IMG/VR virus record: IMGVR_UViG_3300025924_000001
Coordinates: 47,865 to 111,864 of that record
DNA from: a virus
Taxonomy: Duplodnaviria; Caudoviricetes
Length of the DNA stretch: 64,000 bases
Strand: one strand, 5' to 3'
Shown: in pieces, positions 19,564-27,519 of the stretch
Layout of the letters: each line of letters begins with the position of its first letter
Position numbering within the stretch: the stretch's first letter is position 1
Position numbers and translations under genes: made by a program
Notes under the pieces: model-generated
Databases searched by the model: none
What the model was told of the DNA's origin: nothing
Seen by the model: the letters and a program-made list of their open reading frames with translations, nothing else

Positions 19564-19680
19564 GTTGATGTTGCTAAGCTGAATAGTACCACCAGGTGGG
19601 AATTGAACCCCGACCGCCCGTACGTTGCGGCTCCATCCAGGAGGGAATTGAACCCCGACATCAGCTAGTTCAACATCAAC
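19564..19680 (-). ncRNA. Novel RNA with two tandem T-loop modules
   Basis: 10-bp terminal stem GTTGATGTTG/CAACATCAAC enclosing two copies of GTCGGGGTTCAATTCCC(T/A)CCTGG. Confidence 0.6.
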
Positions 19681-19705
19681 TTGCGACGGCGTACGACCGT
19701 CACCG

Positions 19706-19777
19706 CGCCGGAGACGGGGATTGAACCCGCGACCTCTCCCTCGACAGGGGAGCGCTCTTCCATTGAGCTACTCTGGC
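19706..19777 (-). tRNA. tRNA-Asp (GUC)
   Basis: Cloverleaf; CTCCC-CTGTCGA-GGGAG; G73; one acceptor-stem mismatch. Confidence 0.85.
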
Positions 19778-19781
19778 TTGA

Positions 19782-19927
19782 CCTCACCGAGACCGAGTGA
19801 TCGCTCCCGGTTCCTATTGACTCATGCTCTGCCAACTGAGCTACCGACTGCCTAGGCCGAAGGACGGGATTCGAACCCGTGACCCTGAGTTCCGCTGAAG
19901 TATCCGAGTGCGTTCGCACCGGTGAGG
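19782..19927 (-). ncRNA. YrlA-like Y RNA Y5
   Basis: Scaffold plus ACTCA/TGAGT anticodon-stem equivalent, T arm ACGGG-TTCGAAT-CCCGT, D arm GCTC-AGTTGGCA-GAGC. Confidence 0.8.
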
Positions 19928-19994
19928 CTCGTGCTGATCGCTGGTTGAGCCGGCGAGCGTCGGGGGGTCTTAAACCCGCCGGTTGAACTGGCGA

Positions 19995-20092
19995 TGGTGA
20001 AACCGTACCATCCGTCGTCGAGCGCTGTCCAGGGCTATTCTCAACAACTTTTACTGTTTACAAGCGACCCTCAGCGTGGTACGGTTTCACCA
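19995..20092. promoter_or_regulatory. Divergent promoter pair
   Basis: Minus: TGGACA-18-TACGGT, driving the RNA array; plus: TTTACA-17-TACGGT; both share TGGTACGGTTTCACCA as a 16-bp inverted repeat. Confidence 0.7.
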
Positions 20093-20121
20093 GTCAAGGC
20101 GACCGAGCGAGGAGCGAGAGC

Positions 20122-20385
20122 GTGAACGAGGGCAGTGAGGTCTACCTGAGAACCGACGCGAGGCGTCGGACCATGGGCATCATCGTCAAGGACCTGGGCG
20201 GCAAGCCGGGCAAGCGTCGGTTCACGGTCGCGTGGATCGACACCGGCGGCAAGCCCACCGATCACCTGGAAGCGGACCTCGTCGAGGTTCCGAGCGCGAT
20301 CAACACCGTGACCGGCAACGTTGCCGGCAACGTCATCCAGACGAGCACCTTCAACGGCTCCATCACCTTCAACCAGCGCGGCTGA
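20122..20385 (+). CDS. Hypothetical protein
   Basis: GAGGAG SD, high GC3, follows the promoter at 20057. Confidence 0.6.
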   Translation: MNEGSEVYLRTDARRRTMGIIVKDLGGKPGKRRFTVAWIDTGGKPTDHLEADLVEVPSAINTVTGNVAGNVIQTSTFNGSITFNQRG

Positions 20386-20420
20386 ACGACGTCAACCGAG
20401 TGGAACAGGAATGAGGAACC

Positions 20421-20876
20421 ATGAGCGATGACCAACTGAGGCTCGGCACCCGCATCAGGGTCAATGACACAAACCGTCTCGAGAGCCTGCACGGTCTCAA
20501 GGGAACGATCGTCGCCACGCAGCCTGGTGGCTCGTACCTCGCGTGGATCGACGAGGAGGCTGAGGTGTTCGACTTCAACCGAGGCGAGATCGACGTCCAC
20601 GTCGAGCCGACGGTCGTGCGGATCCGGAGTCGCGATCGGCTGCTCGAGCTGAAGGCTCAGCTGGGCGTCCGGGACGACTGGCACGAGCCGAGCGAGCGGC
20701 TCGTGACCGCCGAGGTTCGAGGCAAGTGCTTCGACAACGCCGGCACTTGGGGCCGGAGCGACCTTCGTGGGAAGAGCCACGAGGAGGTGCACATCGTGCT
20801 TCGTCAGGACGGCGACGAGGTCGCGATCGTCAACCTCGCGACCCTGTTCGCGTTCGCGACGGGCTACGAGGGATGA
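20421..20876 (+). CDS. Hypothetical protein
   Basis: GAGGAACC-ATG, high GC3. Confidence 0.65.
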   Translation: MSDDQLRLGTRIRVNDTNRLESLHGLKGTIVATQPGGSYLAWIDEEAEVFDFNRGEIDVHVEPTVVRIRSRDRLLELKAQLGVRDDWHEPSERLVTAEVRGKCFDNAGTWGRSDLRGKSHEEVHIVLRQDGDEVAIVNLATLFAFATGYEG

Positions 20877-21299
20877 GGCGTGGCGTCGCGATCCTGGACT
20901 GCGGCCGGAAGGCCGTGACGGTCACGTCGACCGGCGGCGTCTACGAGGGAACCTGGTCGGGGGCCTTCTCCCGAGACAAGGCGATCAACCTGATCGCGAG
21001 CGCCGGCTGGCGCGAGGCTCCCGGTGAGGACTGGACGGTGTCACCGGCGGACAACGGGTTCAGCCTCAACGTAATCCACGACCTGGTCTTGGTCGCGGTT
21101 CGGCGAGGTCGATGAGGAAGAGGGGAGGTTGGGGCGCGCGCCCTGACCTCCCCTCTCGCCGTCGAGAAGCAGAGCGATGATCATCGTCAGGAAGACGACC
21201 AGCATCGTCAGCACCCACTCAACCGCGCCCACCCGACACGTCCCCCGCTCGTTCCAGCTTCCTCAACCGTGATCAAGCTTAGCGGGTGGCTGGGCTCAA

Positions 21300-21941
21300 T
21301 CACCACCGGGGCTTGGACCGCACCCGGTTGACCTCCTGAAGGACGGCGAGCGGCTGGGTGAGGTCCCGACTGGTGTCGAAGAGGTCCTGCCAGCAGCCGG
21401 CGCCGAACCCCACCGCGACCGCGTTCAGCAGGCTGATCCGTCGCTCCTCGTCGAGGTGGACCCACTCGACGTGCGACTTGTCGGGGTCGTAGACGACGTT
21501 CACGGCTCCCGAGTCGCCGATGGAGATCTCGACGTCGTGCCGCTCATCGACGACCGTCTCGACGTGGTACTCCTGAAGGAGCTCGTGGTCGAGGAGACCG
21601 TCGCTTACGTGGGTGATCCGGTAGGGCAGCTGCTCGGGGTCGGTCGCGCTGGCGCAGACGATGAGGAACCCCACGTCGCGCTGGTCGCTCTCGACGTTGA
21701 CCGCGACCGCGAGGTGCGGCGCGCCCACGAGGTGGCTCACCTCGGTCGCGGGAACGGTCACGACCGCGGTGAGGTCACCCGCGTCGTCGAGGCTGAGGGC
21801 GGCCTCGCCCACGAGCTCGTCCCACAGGGTCTTGACGGGAACGGACGGCTGGGGGATCGCAACGCCGCCGGCGAGGTTGGCCGTGCGGTCGGCGTGCTCA
21901 CCCCGCAGGGCGACGCCGCGAAGGGTCAGGTAGTCGGTCAC
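21300..21941 (-). CDS. Hypothetical protein
   Basis: Coupled to the upstream ORF (GTGA), high GC3. Confidence 0.6.
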   Translation of the reverse strand: MTDYLTLRGVALRGEHADRTANLAGGVAIPQPSVPVKTLWDELVGEAALSLDDAGDLTAVVTVPATEVSHLVGAPHLAVAVNVESDQRDVGFLIVCASATDPEQLPYRITHVSDGLLDHELLQEYHVETVVDERHDVEISIGDSGAVNVVYDPDKSHVEWVHLDEERRISLLNAVAVGFGAGCWQDLFDTSRDLTQPLAVLQEVNRVRSKPRW

Positions 21942-22369
21942 GAGAGCCTCACGTGGATGTCGGTGTCGGGGTCGCAGTGGTAGGCGGCGCAGATGCGGTG
22001 GTAGCCCTCGACGATGGTCGGGGGTCGGCCGCGGAGGACGAGCACGGGGCTGAGCTTGACGCCGTTAGCGATCTGACTGAGCTCGCCGGTGACGTGGGGG
22101 TCCTCGCGCTTGAGGATCGGCAGGCTCGCGGCGCGCAGCAGGTCCACCGTTTTCCACGTGCGCGTGGCGCACGGCTCGAGAAGACCGCCGAGAACGAGCG
22201 CCGCCACGTCGTCATCCATCAGAAGCGCGAGGAACTTTCGCGCCGCGAGAACCGCGTCCTTGGTCGGTTCAGCTCGCCAGCGAGGGAGCCGGGAGGTGAG
22301 GGGGTCAGGGACCCGTCGCGCGGTCCGGCTCTCGCGCTTAACCACGGTTTCGTCGCTCGCCGAGCTCAA
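21938..22369 (-). CDS. ParB/Srx-like domain protein (start uncertain)
   Basis: LSPVLVLRG...IVEGYHRI motif. Confidence 0.55.
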   Translation of the reverse strand: MSSASDETVVKRESRTARRVPDPLTSRLPRWRAEPTKDAVLAARKFLALLMDDDVAALVLGGLLEPCATRTWKTVDLLRAASLPILKREDPHVTGELSQIANGVKLSPVLVLRGRPPTIVEGYHRICAAYHCDPDTDIHVRLS

Positions 22370-22515
22370 CGAGGTAGGTGATCGCCTGTCGCTCCGTCCA
22401 GCCGCCCTTCATCAGGGCCGTGAGGATCTCGTGCATCGCGATCGCGTCCGACACCAGCTTCGACACCTCACCAGTCTCGAAGCCACTGAGGTCGTCCGGG
22501 ATCTCATCGCGGTTC

Positions 22516-23178
22516 TCAGGCACCAGCCGCCTCCCTCGCGGGTCGCCGACGGCCCTTGCCGCGGTTGGGGTAGGCGGTGAGGACGTCCGCGTTGAAGAGG
22601 TCGCGGGGCTCGACGTTGAGGAGCGCGCAGGCGCGGGTCACGAGGGACTCTGCCGGCAGGCAGCCGCCGTAGGCCCACGCGATGTAGTTCCCCTGGTTGA
22701 AGCCGTCGACGGGCAGGTTGAGCGCGTTGGCTTCCTCCGTGAAGCGGCGCGCGGTGTAGCCGCGGTCGCGCACGAGCTCGCGGATCGGCTGCCAGCCCCA
22801 CTTCGTGCGGTTCGGGTTGGGCGCGCGGTGACCGGTGCGGTGCGGTGAGAGCTCGGTCTCCACCCACGCGACGAACCGGGAACGCTCGGGGTCACCGTTG
22901 AGGCTCGCGAGCTGGCGGACGCCATCGGTGGTCAGCAACACGGAGCGCTCGAGGTTGCCGCCGTCATAGATGGCGAGCTCGACCCGCTCCTCGGTGCTGA
23001 CGGTGTCGAGCTCCTCGGTGGTCGCGCCGATCGCGAGGCAGGCGTCGATCGCGTGAACGAGAACCCGTCCCGAGCTCTCGTTCGACGGGTCGACAGCGAC
23101 GTACCGCACGGACAGCAGGTTGAGGGGGTAGTTGGCGGTGAGGCTGGTGGGCGGTGGCTGAGACATCTCGTCATTCAT
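22516..23178 (-). CDS. Bro-N-like + HTH regulator/antirepressor
   Basis: LLTTDGVRQL...P....F..WV..E (Bro-N-like) followed by a Cro/C1-like HTH; divergent from the promoter at 23237. Confidence 0.55.
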   Translation of the reverse strand: MNDEMSQPPPTSLTANYPLNLLSVRYVAVDPSNESSGRVLVHAIDACLAIGATTEELDTVSTEERVELAIYDGGNLERSVLLTTDGVRQLASLNGDPERSRFVAWVETELSPHRTGHRAPNPNRTKWGWQPIRELVRDRGYTARRFTEEANALNLPVDGFNQGNYIAWAYGGCLPAESLVTRACALLNVEPRDLFNADVLTAYPNRGKGRRRPAREAAGA

Positions 23179-23302
23179 GGTGGTACCCTACCAGTGATGC
23201 GAGGTTGATGACAACGGTGTTCATCCAAGTTTGTTGTTTACATCTCACCCCACGGGTGGTACGGTACTTCCAGGAACGAGGAACCACGGAAGGGAGCCCC
23301 AG

Positions 23303-23668
23303 GTGAGCAACAGGGCAGAGCGCACCCGCCTCCGGAAGCTGCGACGGCTCCAGGAGCAGGCCAACCGCCGCGCGAACCGCACGCACCGGCTGACTCACAG
23401 CGGCCGCCCGCAGGCGGCGCGGATCTGGCTCGAGGAGGTCGGCGTCTCCAGCGAGACCGCGAAGCGGTTCGCGTCGGCGTTCTCGCTCGGCGTTCAGCCG
23501 ACCGAGATCGGCACGACCGAGATCAAGACGCACCCTCACTCCCGCTTCACCAAGACCGTGCCGGTGAAGAGGTACGATCGCACCACGTTTCTCGCGCGGC
23601 TGCGCCAGTACCGACCCAAGGACCCGACCGCGGCGAGCGAGTTCGACCGCGCCGCAGCTGCCTACTAG
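23303..23668 (+). CDS. Hypothetical basic protein
   Basis: Follows a TTTACA-17-TACGGT promoter (23237-23265) and GGAACGAGGAAC leader. Confidence 0.6.
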   Translation: MSNRAERTRLRKLRRLQEQANRRANRTHRLTHSGRPQAARIWLEEVGVSSETAKRFASAFSLGVQPTEIGTTEIKTHPHSRFTKTVPVKRYDRTTFLARLRQYRPKDPTAASEFDRAAAAY

Positions 23669-23684
23669 ATAAGGAGCGTCGACG

Positions 23685-23810
23685 ATGCCGACCGCGCTGA
23701 GCGCCAAGCTGAAGAAGCTGAAGACCGACGGGATGTCCCGGGTGGGACGCCGCCGGGGAACGAAGAGCGTGCGCCACGGGCGCACCAAGGTCAACGCGAA
23801 GAAGCGCTGA
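23685..23810 (+). CDS. 41-aa Lys/Arg-rich peptide (below the ORF-track cutoff)
   Basis: TAAGGAG SD, ATG; MPTALSAKLKKLKTDGMSRVGRRRGTKSVRHGRTKVNAKKR; fills the gap between flanking genes. Confidence 0.6.
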   Translation: MPTALSAKLKKLKTDGMSRVGRRRGTKSVRHGRTKVNAKKR

Positions 23811-23811
23811 C

Positions 23812-24288
23812 GTGAGCCAGAACGCGAGCGCCGACCTCGTGTTCGGGGTGCCGCTCGGCGGCAGCGACGAGGGCTGGCTGCTGACCGGGCCCAAGGACCG
23901 GTGGGGTGAGGTTCGGCTCGAGGCCGAGCACCTGCCGTGGCTCACCCCCGCCGAGGCTGAGGAGTTCGACAACCTCGGCTACGGCGAGATCCTCGAGCTC
24001 GGTCTCGCGCACCTCGCGACCCTGACGAGCCCCACCTCCGGGGACCCGCTGAGCCTGGGTCTCACGGTTCACTACCACGGCTACGAGCTCAACTCGTTCG
24101 CCCTCGTGCTCCGGGAACCGCAGTACAACGTGTCGTGGGGCGGCACGACCCACGTCGACTACCAGCTGCTTCGGGACACGAGGCACCTCGGCGCCCACCA
24201 CCTGCTGTTCGCGGAGGCCTTCGCGGCCCTCAACCTCCAGCCCGAGGACCCCGAGCCGCGGTGGTTCATGACCTGCGAGTACTGCTAG
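23812..24288 (+). CDS. Hypothetical protein
   Basis: High GC3, operon position. Confidence 0.6.
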   Translation: MSQNASADLVFGVPLGGSDEGWLLTGPKDRWGEVRLEAEHLPWLTPAEAEEFDNLGYGEILELGLAHLATLTSPTSGDPLSLGLTVHYHGYELNSFALVLREPQYNVSWGGTTHVDYQLLRDTRHLGAHHLLFAEAFAALNLQPEDPEPRWFMTCEYC

Positions 24289-24562
24289 GAGGCAGCGTGC
24301 CCCGACCCCGCCACCACGCCGTTCGCCACACCGAGCTTCCCGCCTGGTGGCGAAAGGCGAGCCGGGTGAAGACCGACTACGAGGTTCAGGTGGAGCCGCC
24401 CGACGGCCCCTGGCGCCCGGTCAAGCGCAAGCAGCACGACCGGGATCACGGGATCGTGCTGTTCACGTTCGAGGACGACACGCAGCTGCGCGTCGCCAGC
24501 GAGGACAAGATCATGGCTCGGCGCATCGCGCCCGAGACCGCACCCGAGGAAGGACCCGAGGA

Positions 24563-25165
24563 ATGAAGCTGACCCGCCGCCAGCGCACGCTGGCGATCCT
24601 GACCGCGGTGGGCGTCCTGCCCATCGCCCTGATGGCCGATTCGTGCGGCTCGAGCACCGCGCAGAACAAGTCGCAGGCCGTCATCGACCAGGCGTCCCAG
24701 GCCGCGCAGGACGCGGTGCCGTACCCGCTGGACGCGATGAAGCGCAGCGGTTGGACCGAGCGCAAGCTGCTCACCGAGAACTTGCTGCGCGAGACCGACC
24801 CGAACGCCATCCACTACGTCTACTGGTTGACCATGGACGGCCGGTTGATCGCTCAGTACACGATCAAGGGCAAGGTCTTCGACCCGAACTCGCAGCTGAC
24901 CAACACGCAGTCGATCACCTACGCGACGACCAGCTCCACGCCCGAGGTTGTGGACGCCCCCGGCGACAACGGCACGTGGGGTCCCGAGCCGTTCTGCTAC
25001 GGCTTCTTCCTGACCTCCGGCGCGGAGAAGAAGCTGCCGTGCCAGGGGCTCGTCGAGGACTCGGACACGCCGGAGACCTTCAGCACCCCGCCGATCCTGA
25101 CCTACGACGTCAACCAGAAGTCGCCGATCGACAAGGGCAACCTGGCTGGAATGGGTGGTCACTGA
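24563..25165 (+). CDS. Putative lipoprotein
   Basis: Basic N-terminus, hydrophobic stretch, lipobox-like ADSC. Confidence 0.65.
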   Translation: MKLTRRQRTLAILTAVGVLPIALMADSCGSSTAQNKSQAVIDQASQAAQDAVPYPLDAMKRSGWTERKLLTENLLRETDPNAIHYVYWLTMDGRLIAQYTIKGKVFDPNSQLTNTQSITYATTSSTPEVVDAPGDNGTWGPEPFCYGFFLTSGAEKKLPCQGLVEDSDTPETFSTPPILTYDVNQKSPIDKGNLAGMGGH

Positions 25166-25644
25166 TGAACGACGACTTCGCCGAGCGGCACCCGGTCGCG
25201 TACGTGCTGACGTGGGTGTTCAGCATCATCTTCGTCGTGTTCGTGATCGCCGCGGTGATCATGGGTATCAAGACCAGCTTCTCGTACTGGTGGGGCCAGC
25301 AGGGCGCGCAGCAGGAGAAGAACTCGTCGTCGAACTGGACGTCGGCGCAGGTCTCGTTCCACCGACAGGCGAACGACTACGACGGCTACCTCAAGAAGAT
25401 CGCGCAGGCCAGGCAGGCCCTCGCCGACTTCGACAAGCTGCACCCGAACCTCGCCGGCGAGGACGGCCTCGTGGGGATGCAGGACACGCAGGCCCGACAG
25501 TCCCTGACGGTCAACCTGACCGGCGTCCAGCAGCAGTGCGTCAACACCGTCAACGACTACAACACGGCGTCGGAGGGCTTCCTGACCGCGGACTGGAAGG
25601 ACGCCGACCTGCCGTCCCGGCTCGACGCGAGCGCCTGCGGCTGA
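25165..25644 (+). CDS. Single-pass membrane protein partnered with the lipoprotein
   Basis: TGATG coupling, N-terminal TM helix, coiled coil, YN...DLP motif. Confidence 0.65.
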   Translation: MNDDFAERHPVAYVLTWVFSIIFVVFVIAAVIMGIKTSFSYWWGQQGAQQEKNSSSNWTSAQVSFHRQANDYDGYLKKIAQARQALADFDKLHPNLAGEDGLVGMQDTQARQSLTVNLTGVQQQCVNTVNDYNTASEGFLTADWKDADLPSRLDASACG

Positions 25645-26163
25645 GGGAGGTTGACGTGCCTGATCAGCTGCGATTCGTGTCGGTGCAGCCGAACACGTGG
25701 ACGGTGGTGACGGAGGTGGGCGTCGAGGTGATGCACGACAGCTCCCAGATCGAGAACGCCCACGTGCTCTACGACTCCCTTCACCTTCCCACGACGCTGA
25801 CCCGAGAGGGGTACCGAACGCCCTCCTGGTACGTCCGGGCGGTGGGGTCGTGAGCCCCTGGAAGTGGTGCCTGCGGCGAATGAAGCGGATCGCGGCAGCT
25901 CTTCGTGACGAGCGAGCGCACAACCGGCACCTCGCGCGAACCAACGAGAAGCTGACCAGTCAGAACGATACCCTCCGGTTGAAGCTGATCGACCTGGGGA
26001 TCAACCCCAACGAGGTTGACGACCCCGACGACCGAGAGAGACCGATCTAGACACCTACCACGACGAGGGGCGGGCCCGAGCGGCCCGCCCCTCGTTGTAT
26101 CTCTGCAAGTTAATGTGATATTGTAAACTCCTATCGGAACGGAAGCGAGGAAGGAGAGAACCC

Positions 26164-27408
26164 GTGAACCTGTCCGACCTGGAGGCCATCCTGGGCGTCC
26201 TCAACCCGTGGCTGATCGGCCTCGCGTACGGCGCGCTGGGACTGCTCGCGCTGTGGTTCATCCGCTCCACGGTGAGGTCGCTCGCGGCGTGGACGCACCG
26301 TGCGCGCTCGGTCGAGACCACGGTCGCCGGCACCCGGGTGTTCTACGTCGCGGCCCTCGCCGGCATGCTCGTGTCCCTGAACACGAGCTGGAACTACTTC
26401 GGCTCGGTGCTCGGCGTGATTGACGTCGTGGAGCGCGGCGTCATGTTCTTCGTGCTCGAGCTCGCGCAGGTTGCCTGCGGCTGGGGGATGCGTTCCTCCA
26501 TCCGCGAGCACGGCAAGCCCGGCCCGGCTCGACTGATCGCGTGGTTCCTCTGCGCGATCTCCGCGTACATGGCGTGGAGCCTGAGCGGCGTCTGGGTCGG
26601 CGTCGCGCGAGTGGTGCTCGGACCCGTCCTGAGCCTCGTGATGCTTCACCTCGCCCTGGGCATCGAGATCCGCAGCCTGCGGGTCAAGACCGACTCAGTC
26701 TGGGTCCGCGTCGCTCGAGAGCTGCGGGAGCGCCTGCTCGCGTTCCTGGGGTTGAGCGACGAGGAGCGTGACGCGAGGACGATCGCTCGTCAGCGAGCCC
26801 TCCTGAAGGCGACCCGCATCCGCATGACCGGTGACGGCTCGGAGCGGTCGCAGCGACGCTTCATCGAGCAGCTCGCGCGCGCGGACGTCGCGAACGACGC
26901 CGAGGCGCTCGAGAGCTTCGTCAACTCGATGAAGCTCGCGGCGAACGCGAGTGCGGTGTTTGACCTGCGGTACCCGATGCCATTTCAGGTGACACCTGAT
27001 GGTGCCAACGAGGTGGACGTGGCACCTGACACTGACACTGACACTGACACCGAGGAAGTGACACCCACCGAGGTTGACACCGAGGAAGTGGCACCTGACA
27101 CCTGGCTATCGGGTGACACTGACACTGACACTGACACTGACACTGACACTGACACTGACACTGACACTGACACTGACACTGACACTGACACTGACACTGA
27201 CACTGACACTGGCAAAGTGCCGACGGCACCGGTGTCACTGGCACCTCGAAGTGGCAGGGCTCAGGCTGAGGTCGACACCATCCTCGAGCTGATTCGAGAC
27301 CAGGGCGTGGACGCGATCTCCATCGAGGTCGTCAAGACGAAGCTTGGTCTCAAGCACTCAACCGCGGCGCGTCGCCTTCGCGCCGCGAGGGATCAGCTGG
27401 CATCCTGA
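26164..27408 (+). CDS. SpdB/DUF2637-like membrane protein with (DT)n repeat and C-terminal HTH
   Basis: 4-5 TM helices ending GPVLSLVMLHLALGIE, low-complexity linker, HTH (VKTKLGLKHSTAARRLRAAR); architecture of actinomycete plasmid spread proteins. Confidence 0.6.
   Translation: MNLSDLEAILGVLNPWLIGLAYGALGLLALWFIRSTVRSLAAWTHRARSVETTVAGTRVFYVAALAGMLVSLNTSWNYFGSVLGVIDVVERGVMFFVLELAQVACGWGMRSSIREHGKPGPARLIAWFLCAISAYMAWSLSGVWVGVARVVLGPVLSLVMLHLALGIEIRSLRVKTDSVWVRVARELRERLLAFLGLSDEERDARTIARQRALLKATRIRMTGDGSERSQRRFIEQLARADVANDAEALESFVNSMKLAANASAVFDLRYPMPFQVTPDGANEVDVAPDTDTDTDTEEVTPTEVDTEEVAPDTWLSGDTDTDTDTDTDTDTDTDTDTDTDTDTDTDTDTGKVPTAPVSLAPRSGRAQAEVDTILELIRDQGVDAISIEVVKTKLGLKHSTAARRLRAARDQLAS
27115..27210 (+). 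repeat. (GACACT)16 perfect tandem repeat
   Basis: 16 copies counted; about 4 more at 27028-27050. Confidence 0.95.
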
Positions 27409-27413
27409 CACCG

Positions 27414-27448
27414 GGTGCCACCTGCCACGATCAGTGGCAGGTGGCACC
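27414..27448. terminator. 15-bp hairpin built from GTGCCA/TGGCAC motifs
   Basis: ggtgccacctgccac / gtggcaggtggcacc. Confidence 0.6.
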
Positions 27449-27519
27449 TCAGCGCGTGGCACCGACGACGTGACTTCCACCTTCATCAGTTGATGTGATA
27501 TGGTGGTACCACCGAGGAG

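Noticed and set aside
18775-19927. Repeated GAGACC...GAAGTA...CGCACC motifs as a CRISPR array
   Set aside because: The motifs are short, split and flanked by covarying stems; the intervening parts are tRNA-like and vary in length; no cas genes. Y RNA fits better.
26921-27292. (CQ)n, (SV)n and (TL)n ORFs
   Set aside because: Alternative frames of the GACACT tandem repeat.
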